This document shows, one piece after another, positions 28,923 through 38,772 of a stretch of 64,000 nucleotides of DNA (position 1 is its first letter; each line of letters opens with the position of its first letter). The notes beneath the pieces were generated by a model, which searched no databases, was not told the DNA's origin, and was given only the letters and a program-made list of their open reading frames with translations. Position numbers and translations under genes: made by a program. The DNA lies in the IMG/VR virus record IMGVR_UViG_3300044719_000253, positions 96,001 through 160,000 of that record; one strand, written 5' to 3'. Origin of the DNA: a virus (taxonomy: Duplodnaviria > Caudoviricetes).

Positions 28923-29276
28923 TTAATTCTTGCAACGACGCACACATAAATCCCAACCTTGCATCGAGAATGGGATATACATGAGTGCGCCGTCTATATA
29001 GAATCCACGGGCCCGCAATTCAGGCCAGAGTCGCACCATCAAATGGTAGGCGAGTTTATCAACCGCTTCGTGGTTCACACTCAGATGATTGGCGAAAATG
29101 AGACTGCTGTAGTCGAGGATATTGCGATCGGTCAAGTCCAGTGGAGTGTTACTGTCCAAAATCCAAAAGAGTTGTTGAAAGATTTGTAAGCGGTCTTCTT
29201 GGCAAATCTGGTACCCCAGACCGCGTTCAAATTCTTCCACCATCTCCATGGTGTCGATGATGGTGATCTCATGCAT
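28923..29276 (-). CDS. hypothetical protein, tandem divergent family member
   Basis: GGAG RBS; C-terminal LAYHLMVRLWPELRARGFY segment resembles those of its neighbours. Confidence 0.7.
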   Translation of the reverse strand: MHEITIIDTMEMVEEFERGLGYQICQEDRLQIFQQLFWILDSNTPLDLTDRNILDYSSLIFANHLSVNHEAVDKLAYHLMVRLWPELRARGFYIDGALMYIPFSMQGWDLCVRRCKN

Positions 29277-29281
29277 GAAAA

Positions 29282-29920
29282 TTACTCCGAGGTAAAACCA
29301 ACCACCGGCGGAGGATCAGGGATTTCAGCATCGAGGGCGACCACCACACAATCATCTTCCCAACCCGCATAGTGGTAGGGGAAGCGGTTATGTTTGTACA
29401 TACCGTACTCGATCAGACGCTGATAGAGCTGCTTCCCGAATCGCATGGCCAAATCAGCGATCTGGCGGCGGGTGTTGGAAATGGCTTGAGGGGCGTACAC
29501 GCCCGGAATATTAGAACGGATCTGGATCTCGGCCATGTGGGCGACGTCAATCCAGAGTGAACCCATGGCCAAATCGAGGTCATGCTCGGCTTCGCCCTTG
29601 GATTTGATAGCTTCCAGGGCGGCGCCGATGATCAAACTGATGTCGGGATGCCAGGCACGGCTGCGTTCGGACACATGGTGCTTCATGTACACGTGCTTGT
29701 ATACTTTCCCGTCGTCACCGATGGTGTACACTTCCGGCAAGATAAGTTCGGCGTCCCCGGGGTGTTCCATGATCTCGGCATTAATGATCCTATCCCATTC
29801 GCTCACGAACGAGGTGACGATATCACCGATATTCAAAATGTAATAATCCGGGTACTTCGGCACGACATTCGGGACCGGGTAGTAACGATCACTGGGTACG
29901 TTGTAAGGTGTAGGTTTCAT
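29282..29920 (-). CDS. hypothetical protein, tandem divergent family member
   Basis: C-terminal LAMRFGKQLYQRLIEYGMY; start approximate. Confidence 0.7.
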   Translation of the reverse strand: MKPTPYNVPSDRYYPVPNVVPKYPDYYILNIGDIVTSFVSEWDRIINAEIMEHPGDAELILPEVYTIGDDGKVYKHVYMKHHVSERSRAWHPDISLIIGAALEAIKSKGEAEHDLDLAMGSLWIDVAHMAEIQIRSNIPGVYAPQAISNTRRQIADLAMRFGKQLYQRLIEYGMYKHNRFPYHYAGWEDDCVVVALDAEIPDPPPVVGFTSE

Positions 29921-30305
29921 AGTCCGACGGTTGTACAATGACTTTATAACGCTCGGTGCCGGTGACGATCAACCCGAGTTCCTGTAGTTTGAAGTAAAGC
30001 GCGGTGCCGAATTGCCGCAAACACGCATGCAGATAATCGTCCAGGAGTTTCTTTTCCCGCTGGGCTTGCAAGGGCGTGGTGTAGACAAACTCCACCTTGG
30101 TATACATCCAGTCATGCGCCAGCATGTGTCGGATGATGCGCTCCAATACCACCGCAGGATCCTGGTCGGGCACTTCAAACATTTCTAAAATGCGCCATTT
30201 GACGGGGTCCAGATCGAAGGTGGGTAAATCATCTTTGGACAATTGCTTCTCAAGGGTCGCAATGGCCTCAGAAAAATCCACAATGTAGTTATCTCCTACG
30301 GCCAT
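29889..30305 (-). CDS. hypothetical protein, tandem divergent family member
   Basis: AGGAG RBS before ATG 30305; CLRQFGTALYFKLQELGL. Confidence 0.7.
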   Translation of the reverse strand: MAVGDNYIVDFSEAIATLEKQLSKDDLPTFDLDPVKWRILEMFEVPDQDPAVVLERIIRHMLAHDWMYTKVEFVYTTPLQAQREKKLLDDYLHACLRQFGTALYFKLQELGLIVTGTERYKVIVQPSDYETYTLQRTQ

Positions 30306-30313
30306 AATCACTC

Positions 30314-30706
30314 CTAATGTTTCTCTAGCAAAAGGTATTCTTGCTGGGTCCCTACCTCGACTGCGTCGCCACTGAGTTTCATCCCTTGCAACAAATGCTG
30401 TTGTTGTTTGAGCAAAGTATTGGCGGTGTGGCTGATCAAATACGTGGCCGCTAGAATCGCGCGTTCCACATGATGCTTTTCCGCGTCGTTGGCGTACAGA
30501 TCGTGGTAATGCTGGGACTCATAGTACTGTTGAAAAACACCATCCACAAACGCTTGATCGAGTTCTTGATCGTCCGGATGGTGGGCGTGGTGTGCCAAAT
30601 AATCGGCGATGAGTCCGTTAAACCCTTTCGGGTAGAACTCAAACAGATGTTCGAAATTCTGACACACTTCGAACATCCCCAAAGTATCGACAATGTATTT
30701 ATGCAT
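30314..30706 (-). CDS. hypothetical protein
   Basis: ATG 30706 overlaps the stop of the upstream gene. Confidence 0.65.
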   Translation of the reverse strand: MHKYIVDTLGMFEVCQNFEHLFEFYPKGFNGLIADYLAHHAHHPDDQELDQAFVDGVFQQYYESQHYHDLYANDAEKHHVERAILAATYLISHTANTLLKQQQHLLQGMKLSGDAVEVGTQQEYLLLEKH

Positions 30707-31082
30707 AAGCGCGTTGTTTGAGGTACACCAAGAGCGTGACGCCGTCCGTATCCAAAATGAAGCGGCCCGCCGCAAGCTCTTGGAACGTGAGGCCTGGGAA
30801 GCAACCGATCACCAGATTAAACAGGGCGTTAAAGACGTCTTGGGAAAACTGTTGCGCCATCTCTTCGTCGACCCCGCGAATTTTCAAGTAATGGGCAGCC
30901 GGAGCGATATGGGATGTCGCATCACGGTCCCAAATCTTCACGCTCAATTCTTCCAACAAATGACCCACAAATTCCCGCACCGAGACGTCGTACTGCGTGC
31001 GGGGTGAAAAATGGGCCAACCCGTGTTCGATCACTTGCAGCACCGGATCGAACGATAACAGGTACAGGGCTTCGGTTTCCAT
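30699..31082 (-). CDS. hypothetical protein
   Basis: Coupled to the upstream gene; protein-like composition. Confidence 0.65.
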   Translation of the reverse strand: METEALYLLSFDPVLQVIEHGLAHFSPRTQYDVSVREFVGHLLEELSVKIWDRDATSHIAPAAHYLKIRGVDEEMAQQFSQDVFNALFNLVIGCFPGLTFQELAAGRFILDTDGVTLLVYLKQRAYA

Positions 31083-31084
31083 GG

Positions 31085-31996
31085 TCAACGGTAAGGGTGA
31101 GGAGAGTGAGGATCAGGCAGCAACTGTGTTAACGTGCCGTCCGCCTTGGCGCGCAGGAAACGCTGGTAATCCGGATCATTCATGATGCGCTCCCATTCAT
31201 GGATTCGATAATCACCCAATTGATCGACACGGATCTGGTAGCCGTCCAGGTAATTTACGGTACACATCTGGTACGGATTGTGGCGCAGGGCATCGCGAAT
31301 CGGGGCCAGCACAAACCGCATCTCTTCAAAGATGCCACTGAAGGCCCGGATAAACCACGGATCGGTTTTCAGGTGTTCGATCTTGTCCCGATCCGACAAC
31401 GTGATCGGCAGATATGTCGCGCTGATAAACGGCATGACAATTTCTTCGATCAACCGACCCGGGGTATGGTTAAAATACCGGGTCGAGGCGATCTCGTTAT
31501 CGATCATTTGGTGTACGATCTTGATCCCAGCCCACGGCAGCGTCGGGGTGAGTGAAGCTTCATGAGCACGGTTATGCGGCAACACCGTGGCGCGCGGTTG
31601 CGCGTCCGAGCCCGGCAAAGGATCGGTGGGATGGTAATACGGTGGCCGAAACCCGACGCCCATGTCCACCACATCGTACGGTGTAGATAACACTGCTTCC
31701 AAGTTCTCAACCCGCACGTAGTGATACCGGTAGTATTGCCAGGATTGGTTATGCACTGTCAGCACGTCACCATACAAGGAATTCGGTTTGGTGGTTTGAT
31801 GGATCGGTACCGGTTGCTGATACCAATACTCGTGATCGGCCCGGAGCACCGGGTCGAGTTGGTTGGGTAAGTAAATTCCTTTCTCTGGTTCTCGCAACAC
31901 CATCTCTAGTGTGCTTTGAATACCGTGAGCGATATCGTGCACATCCGCAAAATACGAATGGCGGATGTCCAACTGTTGCGAAGCAGAATAAGGCAT
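31085..31996 (-). CDS. hypothetical protein
   Basis: 303 aa from ATG 31996, which starts just after the upstream stop. Confidence 0.75.
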   Translation of the reverse strand: MPYSASQQLDIRHSYFADVHDIAHGIQSTLEMVLREPEKGIYLPNQLDPVLRADHEYWYQQPVPIHQTTKPNSLYGDVLTVHNQSWQYYRYHYVRVENLEAVLSTPYDVVDMGVGFRPPYYHPTDPLPGSDAQPRATVLPHNRAHEASLTPTLPWAGIKIVHQMIDNEIASTRYFNHTPGRLIEEIVMPFISATYLPITLSDRDKIEHLKTDPWFIRAFSGIFEEMRFVLAPIRDALRHNPYQMCTVNYLDGYQIRVDQLGDYRIHEWERIMNDPDYQRFLRAKADGTLTQLLPDPHSPHPYR

Positions 31997-31998
31997 GG

Positions 31999-32427
31999 TC
32001 AGCGGATCTGTTGTGTTGGGTCGTAGGTCAGCTCCACGTAGAGCCAACAGGATTGTCGGTGAACGGCGTGGGTATGGATGTCGCCCAGCAGACGCGGGAA
32101 ATAGAAGTGCAGCCGGGTTTCAGTGTCGTAGTCGTGGTGGGTGCGGAGATGATCCAAGAGCATTTGAAACTCGGGATGGTCATCTTCGCGGTAAGCTTCG
32201 ATATAATGGACATCCGACAACCGTTGGCGAATCACCCAATCAATCCATACATCACGTTGGGTGAAGGAAGGCTGAAACCGGTTCACTGCCGTCCATGGAT
32301 AGTTCAGATCCAAGGGTTGATGATCGATGATCCACGGAAACCGGTCCGCCGAACAGTCTAAAACGCGCTCTAGGTAAGTCAAAAAATCATAGATGTCCAG
32401 TATCCAGACCGAACGTTTTTGCGCCAT
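31999..32427 (-). CDS. hypothetical protein
   Basis: First gene after the TATATTAC motif at 32453-32460. Confidence 0.7.
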   Translation of the reverse strand: MAQKRSVWILDIYDFLTYLERVLDCSADRFPWIIDHQPLDLNYPWTAVNRFQPSFTQRDVWIDWVIRQRLSDVHYIEAYREDDHPEFQMLLDHLRTHHDYDTETRLHFYFPRLLGDIHTHAVHRQSCWLYVELTYDPTQQIR

Positions 32428-32452
32428 GGCGGTCCTTTTAACGTGATTCCAC

Positions 32453-32475
32453 GTAATATAACAGTGATGGGTAAA
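32453..32475 (-). promoter_or_regulatory. early-type promoter TATATTAC
   Basis: Exact TATATTAC on the minus strand, 26 nt upstream of ATG 32427. Confidence 0.5.
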
Positions 32476-32704
32476 TTAATGCCGAAACGAACTTCCGACG
32501 GCATAAAAAGAAACACCACTTACCCAAACGCTCTCGTGAGAGAACCCTTAGGTAAGTGGGAAATGGAGGGGCCTGAGATAACTAATGTTGACCAGGTCCG
32601 TGATTCATGACTCAAAGACCTGTGTCCCTTCGTTCAATCTACTCCCCTCCAAGTATACTTCGTTTAACGTCCGATGATCCCGTCGTGTAACGCTGTGAAA
32701 AACG

Positions 32705-33118
32705 TTACAGAGGACGTACAGACTCGGACCGACGCCGAATAGGCGCCGAATACCGCACGCGGCGGATAGGCTGAGAGTGTGAGATATCTATTTCACGGTT
32801 TACCACGCAGAATGGGTAAACCGTGAAATGAACCCGAATGGAAACAGATGTAAGCTGACGTATCCCCTTAAACACGTGCCCACATAGTTCGCCTAGGATT
32901 GATTGAGCCGACCCAGGGCGGGCGGGCTCCCACACACCACCATACCAATTCTCAAACGAGAACGGATCATGAATCTCCAACGGTAATGGATACATCTCGA
33001 CCGAAGGAATCAGATCCAGCAATTCCACCACGTGGCCGAAGCCGCTATGGAGAATGCTGGTAATGGTGGCTCTCAGCCATCCACCGGAAGGCGAACCTCC
33101 GATGATGGCAACGCGCAT
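32705..33118 (-). CDS. hypothetical protein coupled to phuZ
   Basis: TAATG overlap with the phuZ stop; starts MRVAIIGG. Confidence 0.5.
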   Translation of the reverse strand: MRVAIIGGSPSGGWLRATITSILHSGFGHVVELLDLIPSVEMYPLPLEIHDPFSFENWYGGVWEPARPGSAQSILGELCGHVFKGIRQLTSVSIRVHFTVYPFCVVNREIDISHSQPIRRVRYSAPIRRRSESVRPL

Positions 33119-34146
33119 TACGCGAAGCTAACGCTGTTGACTTCGTCGTCGTCGTCCATCTCCGCTTCGAGTTGATCCGGCAGCGGGCGGTTGGCCGCGT
33201 CACGCAGATCGGCGATAATCTTCGACACCAACCCGTCGGTGATCAGATAGTTGGCCGACGTGCCATCGAAAGCGTTGCTGGCAGTCAGGTTCGGCACGAA
33301 GCCCACAGCCTGGTATTCCGGCATGTAGTCTTCGGGCAGATCCGTATGCACCCCCTGACGGGCCAGCGTAGCCACCGACAGGATGTTGCCGATCTTGTCG
33401 AGATCCGCTGCGAACAGATCGTCGTCCGCTTCTTTCGACCCGCCACGCAGCAGGATGTTCAGGCTGAACAGCTGCGGCTTCAGGCCGGACGTGATACCCG
33501 GCTTGGTGAAGTACAGCCAGTTGCGCAGGTCCATCGGGTCGAGTTCGCTGTTGCGGTTCGAGTACAACAGGCCGAGGTAGGTGATCGTCGACAGCATATG
33601 GTCGTTGACCTTGTCACGCGGCATGTTGACCGAGTTTTGCAGGTAGCTCATCACGACCGGGGCATTGCGTGCCTTGGCGATTTCCTGGTAGTTCTTGATC
33701 GTGGCACGGGTGTTGTTGATTTCGCGACGTGATGCGATCACGCCGATCAGCAGCACGATGGTCTGTTGACCTGCCGCCAGCAGTTCCGTCACGATCGACG
33801 GCGCCAGCACCGAACCGGAGCCACCAGCACCGGTGGACAGCACGATGTTCAGGTCGAGCGGTGGATGGGCCTTCAGGATCGGCTTGGTGTGTTCACGTGC
33901 CAGCGCCAGGTTTTCGGTGCGGTCTTTACCCGAACCCTTGGTCTTGGGCAGCAGGTAGGTTTCCATGCCGAGCGTGTGGTCGCCCAGATTGGACACTGCG
34001 GTGTCGATTTGCACCGGCTCGAAGCTGGCCAGCATTTCCGGATTGATGCGGATCTTGCCGAGTTGGCTGGCGATGTTGATCGCGGCGCCGCCGCAGCAGT
34101 ACAGACGGATGCGGCCTTTGGGGGCGGTGTTGATAGTTTCGCTCAT
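33118..34146 (-). CDS. phuZ: PhuZ tubulin/FtsZ-family GTPase
   Basis: CCGGAAINI (T1 loop), QIDTA, GSGKDR, tubulin signature TGAGGSGS, ELDPMDL and an acidic C-tail. 342 aa. Confidence 0.93.
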   Translation of the reverse strand: MSETINTAPKGRIRLYCCGGAAINIASQLGKIRINPEMLASFEPVQIDTAVSNLGDHTLGMETYLLPKTKGSGKDRTENLALAREHTKPILKAHPPLDLNIVLSTGAGGSGSVLAPSIVTELLAAGQQTIVLLIGVIASRREINNTRATIKNYQEIAKARNAPVVMSYLQNSVNMPRDKVNDHMLSTITYLGLLYSNRNSELDPMDLRNWLYFTKPGITSGLKPQLFSLNILLRGGSKEADDDLFAADLDKIGNILSVATLARQGVHTDLPEDYMPEYQAVGFVPNLTASNAFDGTSANYLITDGLVSKIIADLRDAANRPLPDQLEAEMDDDDEVNSVSFA

Positions 34147-34262
34147 GGTGTTTCCTTGTGTTTTTGGTTATGAAAAGCTTAAGTTCAATTGGACATTGAA
34201 TATAAGCAACTATGTAAAAAAACACTCAGCCAGCTATGCCGCCAGCCGAGTGCAAACGAGGT

Positions 34263-36548
34263 TCAATAAAAACGCTTGCCATGGCGAGTCAACAATCCCG
34301 CCATGAGATACGCACGCAACAGCTCTGGAGTCGCCGGGACATTCATGGCGATTTCCCGGTAAGGCAAATTTTGACTGGTCAGTTCAGCGCTGATGGGCAA
34401 GTTCGCCGTAGCCATGTTCGGCTTTTTCAACGGCACCAAATGGTAAATGTCATTGGTACTGAATTGCACTTCCGCCGCGTTCGTTACCATTTTTATCGCT
34501 TCGCCGAGCAGCAGAGGAAGTTGAAAATGCCGCGCGATATAAAAGTTTGCCTGCGGAAACGCTTGCTGGAACAAACCGGCAGACGCCGTCACCATGTCAT
34601 CGGTTTCAGCGTCCATCACATGCACAACGAACACTCCTTCAAATTCCTGGGATTGAGAGGAGAGATGATTATATTCCACACCACCCTGATCAACAGAAGT
34701 TTGTGTGATCTGCTGCGCTTGACTGGAAATCGCTGCGTTCAGCCGTTCACGCACCGTCACGGGATCCAACAACATCGATAATGTAAATTCAGTGGTGGGG
34801 TTGGGGTTATCGGACAGGACCTTTCGCATGACATTAAACTTGCTCATTCTTTCGGTCGGAGTCGATGGCTTGATCAGAACATTTTGAATTCTGAGGTGGC
34901 CGTAGGTCGACATCGCCACCGCGGTCGCTTCGTTCAGGATTTTTGGTATAACGCCGGTAATATCCCCCTTATCGTAGTTTACCACATGAATTTTGGCGGA
35001 CGGGAATGCCGCCTGCAAGTTCCGCCGATGAAACTCGAAAGTTGCAGCTACCGAATTGTCTTCAACGTGAACCAGGAATACGCCGTCAAAATTCTCTGGG
35101 AACATCGAACCCAGCCATTGTTCCTTCAATGAGGATTGATGGATCGGGGGGTACGAATAGACTGGTTCGGAGGACGGGGTTGGGAAACGGAAACCATCCG
35201 GCATCTTTGGGAATGAATTCATCTGCGGGAGCGGGCCATAGGGTTGAGAATTCCATGCCGGACCACGCAGCAACGTTTTTTCCAGATGCGGATACACCGT
35301 CCGCGACAGGTCATCGAACTTCTTTTCCAGAGCGCGCTGGCCGGCAATAAAGTCATTCGACAATTTCCCCAAAGCCTTTTCGAGATAACGGACCACCGCG
35401 CCCTCAGCTGGACCGCCATCCGCTGCGGTATTCTCGACCGGTTTATCGCGCCGAGAACGCAAATACGCTTCCGCATGCGTCAGGTATTCGATAGTCCATG
35501 CCCGAGCAATTTTCCTCGAAGAGTTGGGGTCGCTGAGCAGATCGATCGCGTTGCGAACGGCTATGCACAGTTCATCCATACCGACCAATTGAGTTGGTTC
35601 TTCGTGCAGAGTTTCTGCTGATTTTGCCAATTCGCCGGTGCGCAGCGATTGAATCACCGTGTCGATCGATGCAACGAGGCTGGCCACTTCTTCCTTATTG
35701 GGTTCAACTTGGTTGCGGAACACGTTGATCAACGCGTCGACCAAATCAATGTCGTTATGTGTCGACATCGCGAGTGGGCGCAATGCCAGTACTTCACGGG
35801 CACCGTACAGTTCACTCAAGATACGTTCCACACTGATCGACTTTTCTTTGCCCGGGTCCAACAACAGCTGCCGAGCGAGTTCCAGCGTGCATTCGAATTG
35901 GATGGTGTTCATCGTTTGGGGTTGGGGGTTCATCGTGGTATCCTGTTGTGGTTGTTGGTTAAAGCCGCGGGACAGCAAATTCTGAATAACGTTGTACAGC
36001 AATTCTGGACGTTTGGCGATGACAGGTTCGTCGTTGGGGCGAATATAGAAGTTGTCACACTCGCGCACCTTATCGAAGAGGAAGTTCATCGGGTTTTTCG
36101 GAATCAGCGACGCAAGATGACGGAAGCTATCGGTGTGGTGATCCATGATCACGATCCAACGATCCTTCGTGTGACCCCGTTCTCGCCACCCCATCAAGAG
36201 TTGCTCGAAGCAATGCCAATAAACCAAGATTTCTTCATCCACAGAATCTTTGTCGCCGATGTTAAAAATGTACGAGCCGGTGGCACGTAACTGATCGATC
36301 GTTTTACCAATCGGCACGGCAGCACTATTAGTCCACTGCGGCACCTTGACACCGTAGAATAAAATGTGGAGCTTGGGGTTGGTGTTTTCACCAGCAGTGA
36401 TGTCGATCGATTCGTAGGGTTGAATTTCTTTGTTGCATTGTGAGCAGCGATCATTGTGCGCGCTATCACCTACGACCCCCCAATGTTCATCACAATGCCG
36501 ATAGTAGTTTTGATACGTTTTTGATTCTTCCTGCTGAATGTCGGCCAT
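34263..36548 (-). CDS. 761-aa mosaic hypothetical protein (N-terminal Cys/His motif, internal repeat)
   Basis: Long ORF with RBS and leader motif, directly behind a TATATTAC promoter. Confidence 0.75.
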   Translation of the reverse strand: MADIQQEESKTYQNYYRHCDEHWGVVGDSAHNDRCSQCNKEIQPYESIDITAGENTNPKLHILFYGVKVPQWTNSAAVPIGKTIDQLRATGSYIFNIGDKDSVDEEILVYWHCFEQLLMGWRERGHTKDRWIVIMDHHTDSFRHLASLIPKNPMNFLFDKVRECDNFYIRPNDEPVIAKRPELLYNVIQNLLSRGFNQQPQQDTTMNPQPQTMNTIQFECTLELARQLLLDPGKEKSISVERILSELYGAREVLALRPLAMSTHNDIDLVDALINVFRNQVEPNKEEVASLVASIDTVIQSLRTGELAKSAETLHEEPTQLVGMDELCIAVRNAIDLLSDPNSSRKIARAWTIEYLTHAEAYLRSRRDKPVENTAADGGPAEGAVVRYLEKALGKLSNDFIAGQRALEKKFDDLSRTVYPHLEKTLLRGPAWNSQPYGPLPQMNSFPKMPDGFRFPTPSSEPVYSYPPIHQSSLKEQWLGSMFPENFDGVFLVHVEDNSVAATFEFHRRNLQAAFPSAKIHVVNYDKGDITGVIPKILNEATAVAMSTYGHLRIQNVLIKPSTPTERMSKFNVMRKVLSDNPNPTTEFTLSMLLDPVTVRERLNAAISSQAQQITQTSVDQGGVEYNHLSSQSQEFEGVFVVHVMDAETDDMVTASAGLFQQAFPQANFYIARHFQLPLLLGEAIKMVTNAAEVQFSTNDIYHLVPLKKPNMATANLPISAELTSQNLPYREIAMNVPATPELLRAYLMAGLLTRHGKRFY

Positions 36549-36610
36549 GATCGTTCCTTCTGTTGTTGGTTATAAGAAAATACCGAGATGCTATGTGCTA
36601 GTCGTTCAAA

Positions 36611-36634
36611 TTAGTAATATAGCCTTTAATTTTT
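36611..36634 (-). promoter_or_regulatory. early-type promoter TATATTAC
   Basis: Minus strand reads AAAAATTAAAGGCTATATTACTAA. Confidence 0.75.
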
Positions 36635-36647
36635 CTAGGAGCCTGAA

Positions 36648-37457
36648 GTGAATCCCATCACTAAAGCACTTGACGAGGTTGCCTTCCGGATTCCGCGTGA
36701 GATCCTGAAGGTGGTGTTCCTCGAACCATATCAACAGTACCGGGATCTGCCTGGTGATATCAAAGAACGCATTCGCTACCTCGTGCTGCAACAACGGGTG
36801 CTGGTTGACTGTAACTTGATGAACGGGGTGGAAACCCGCATCGATTTGTCGGATCTTCCCCGCGAATCGGTGGATGATGGCTACACCACGGTGTTCCGGA
36901 TCCCGAAGAACCGCACCAACGGTCGTTCGATCCTGAGCGTGTTCGATGTGACGTACGGCGACCTGTATAACACCCAATCTGGGTATGGGGTATATTCTTA
37001 CAGCCGATCGAGTCCGGCATTGCAACTGGCCAATGCTGCAATGGAAGCGCAAGTGCGTACGCCGTATGTCGGCTCGACCCGGGTGGAATTGATCGGGGAA
37101 AACGTCATCATGGTGCAAGACGCGATCATCCTACCCCAGAATCTGTATCTGCGCTGCTCACTGGAGAACGATGAGAACCTGTCGAATATCCATGCTCGCA
37201 GTTATCTGGTGTTTGCCCGGTTGGTGGAACTCGCAGTCAAGGCGTATATCTACAACTCCTACGTGATCCGTCTGGATATCGGCGAACTGCGCGCAGGTGT
37301 GCAGATCGGTAAGATCAAAGAAATCATCGATGGGTACGCAGACGCAGAACAAATGTATCAGGACCATCTGAGGGAAGTTTGGAGTAAGGTCTCGTTCATG
37401 AACGATCAAGAATCGATGCGACGTTACATGAGCCTGATGATCGGCTCGTCGCGGTGA
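36648..37457 (+). CDS. conserved virion-associated protein (phiKZ gp32-like)
   Basis: GTG start with GGAG RBS. N-terminus MNPITKALDEVAFRIPREIL recalled as a core chimallivirus protein. Confidence 0.65.
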   Translation: MNPITKALDEVAFRIPREILKVVFLEPYQQYRDLPGDIKERIRYLVLQQRVLVDCNLMNGVETRIDLSDLPRESVDDGYTTVFRIPKNRTNGRSILSVFDVTYGDLYNTQSGYGVYSYSRSSPALQLANAAMEAQVRTPYVGSTRVELIGENVIMVQDAIILPQNLYLRCSLENDENLSNIHARSYLVFARLVELAVKAYIYNSYVIRLDIGELRAGVQIGKIKEIIDGYADAEQMYQDHLREVWSKVSFMNDQESMRRYMSLMIGSSR

Positions 37458-37515
37458 CAAAAAAGAAAGCGCATAACGCCTCCCTCTACCCGCTGGGGTA
37501 GAGGGAGGTATGTCG

Positions 37516-37737
37516 TTAGGCGAGCAGGAGTTCACGGGTCCGGTGCAATTGTTCCCGTTGATGCTTGAGGCGATCCGCAGAAACTTGGTTGACGAAAATC
37601 ACAGCGCTCTCAATGGAACAAGCACATTTCTCTTGGTAATGGCGAATCGCGGTTTCCCGCTGTCCTTGTCCAATGAGTAAGTTGACTTCCTCGCGCATGG
37701 TATCAGCGCAAGCCGAGTGTTTCTGAGAGCGGGCCAT
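37516..37737 (-). CDS. small hypothetical protein
   Basis: GAGGAG RBS; ends at a terminator. Confidence 0.65.
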   Translation of the reverse strand: MARSQKHSACADTMREEVNLLIGQGQRETAIRHYQEKCACSIESAVIFVNQVSADRLKHQREQLHRTRELLLA

Positions 37738-37754
37738 GATTACTCCTCATGAGG

Positions 37755-38444
37755 TTACGCGGCCAGATGTTCTCCGGCACGCAGACCAGGATGGCGACGC
37801 GAACCGTCCACGTCACTTTTCTTGAAGAAAGGTTTCTTCTCACCTTGCTTCTTCACATCATGGGAGGTCAAGCGCGGTTGGGTGGACCGCGCGACCGGGT
37901 GATGCGCACGACGCCGTGGCGGCAGCCCATCGTTGATGTCGATCTTCTGGGTGAAGTCGATATCCATCTGTTCTTCCAGATCTGCTTGGAAGGTCGGCGA
38001 GAAGATCCAGTTCTTCATGTCGTAGTCACCCAGGAAGCGCCAACCCTTGCGCTTGAACACCCGCATCGCCATCTTGGTGAAACTGATGGTGGTGTGCATC
38101 TGCGGCACCACGCCGACGATTTGCCCGGATTTGGTCACGCGATAATCCTTTTCTCGAGCATGGAATACCACCACCCCATAAGGCGTACCCATCACCAGAA
38201 TCAGGTTGTTCAGATGTTGCTTGGTTTCATCCGGGTGCTTGGCGTGGATACGCGCCGTTTCACCCGCCTTCAGCACTACGCGGTCTTCCGGATGGTCGAC
38301 GATCGGCATGAAGTTCGCGTACGGCCCGATGCGCTCGCGCCCCATGAAGGCGTGCTTGTACGCGATCTGAGTGCCGTCCGCTTGGTATGCGCGGTAGAAA
38401 CCTTCGATCGTGCGCTGCTCGTTGATGTGTTCGACTTTGCTCAT
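37755..38444 (-). CDS. hypothetical protein with basic C-tail
   Basis: ATG 38444 with AAAGGGA RBS. Confidence 0.7.
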   Translation of the reverse strand: MSKVEHINEQRTIEGFYRAYQADGTQIAYKHAFMGRERIGPYANFMPIVDHPEDRVVLKAGETARIHAKHPDETKQHLNNLILVMGTPYGVVVFHAREKDYRVTKSGQIVGVVPQMHTTISFTKMAMRVFKRKGWRFLGDYDMKNWIFSPTFQADLEEQMDIDFTQKIDINDGLPPRRRAHHPVARSTQPRLTSHDVKKQGEKKPFFKKSDVDGSRRHPGLRAGEHLAA

Positions 38445-38496
38445 GGTGATCCCTTTCTTTGTTATGGAGTTATCGACAATGTTTCTACTGGACATC

Positions 38497-38769
38497 TTAT
38501 TCCCGGATTGGAATATTTTTTGATACAAAGTCCTTTCGCGGATGAATAAAAGGAACGGGGTACAAATTAGTTACACAGAGCCATACTGCGCGATGCCTGT
38601 GGTGCACCACAGGCATCGGCAATCTGGGTAACTTGGGCGATGATGCCGGTGGGGTGGTGGGTCGGTGATCCCGAACCAACCACCATAACAACCCGGCAAT
38701 AATAACAGGTAGCATAAAAAAGCTCCTTAGCGCTAGGGATAAATTCCATCCATTTATCTCTAACGCCAA
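38497..38769 (-). CDS. possible small membrane protein
   Basis: One hydrophobic stretch, FFMLPVIIAGLLWWLV. An alternative-frame ORF overlaps it, so the call is uncertain. Confidence 0.35.
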   Translation of the reverse strand: MALEINGWNLSLALRSFFMLPVIIAGLLWWLVRDHRPTTPPASSPKLPRLPMPVVHHRHRAVWLCVTNLYPVPFIHPRKDFVSKNIPIRE

Positions 38770-38772
38770 GCG

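Noticed and set aside
32666-32716. Hammerhead-like arrangement (CCGATGA...GAAA flanked by stems)
   Set aside because: The core is CCGAUGA rather than CUGANGA, and the GAAA lies in a hairpin loop rather than at the junction.
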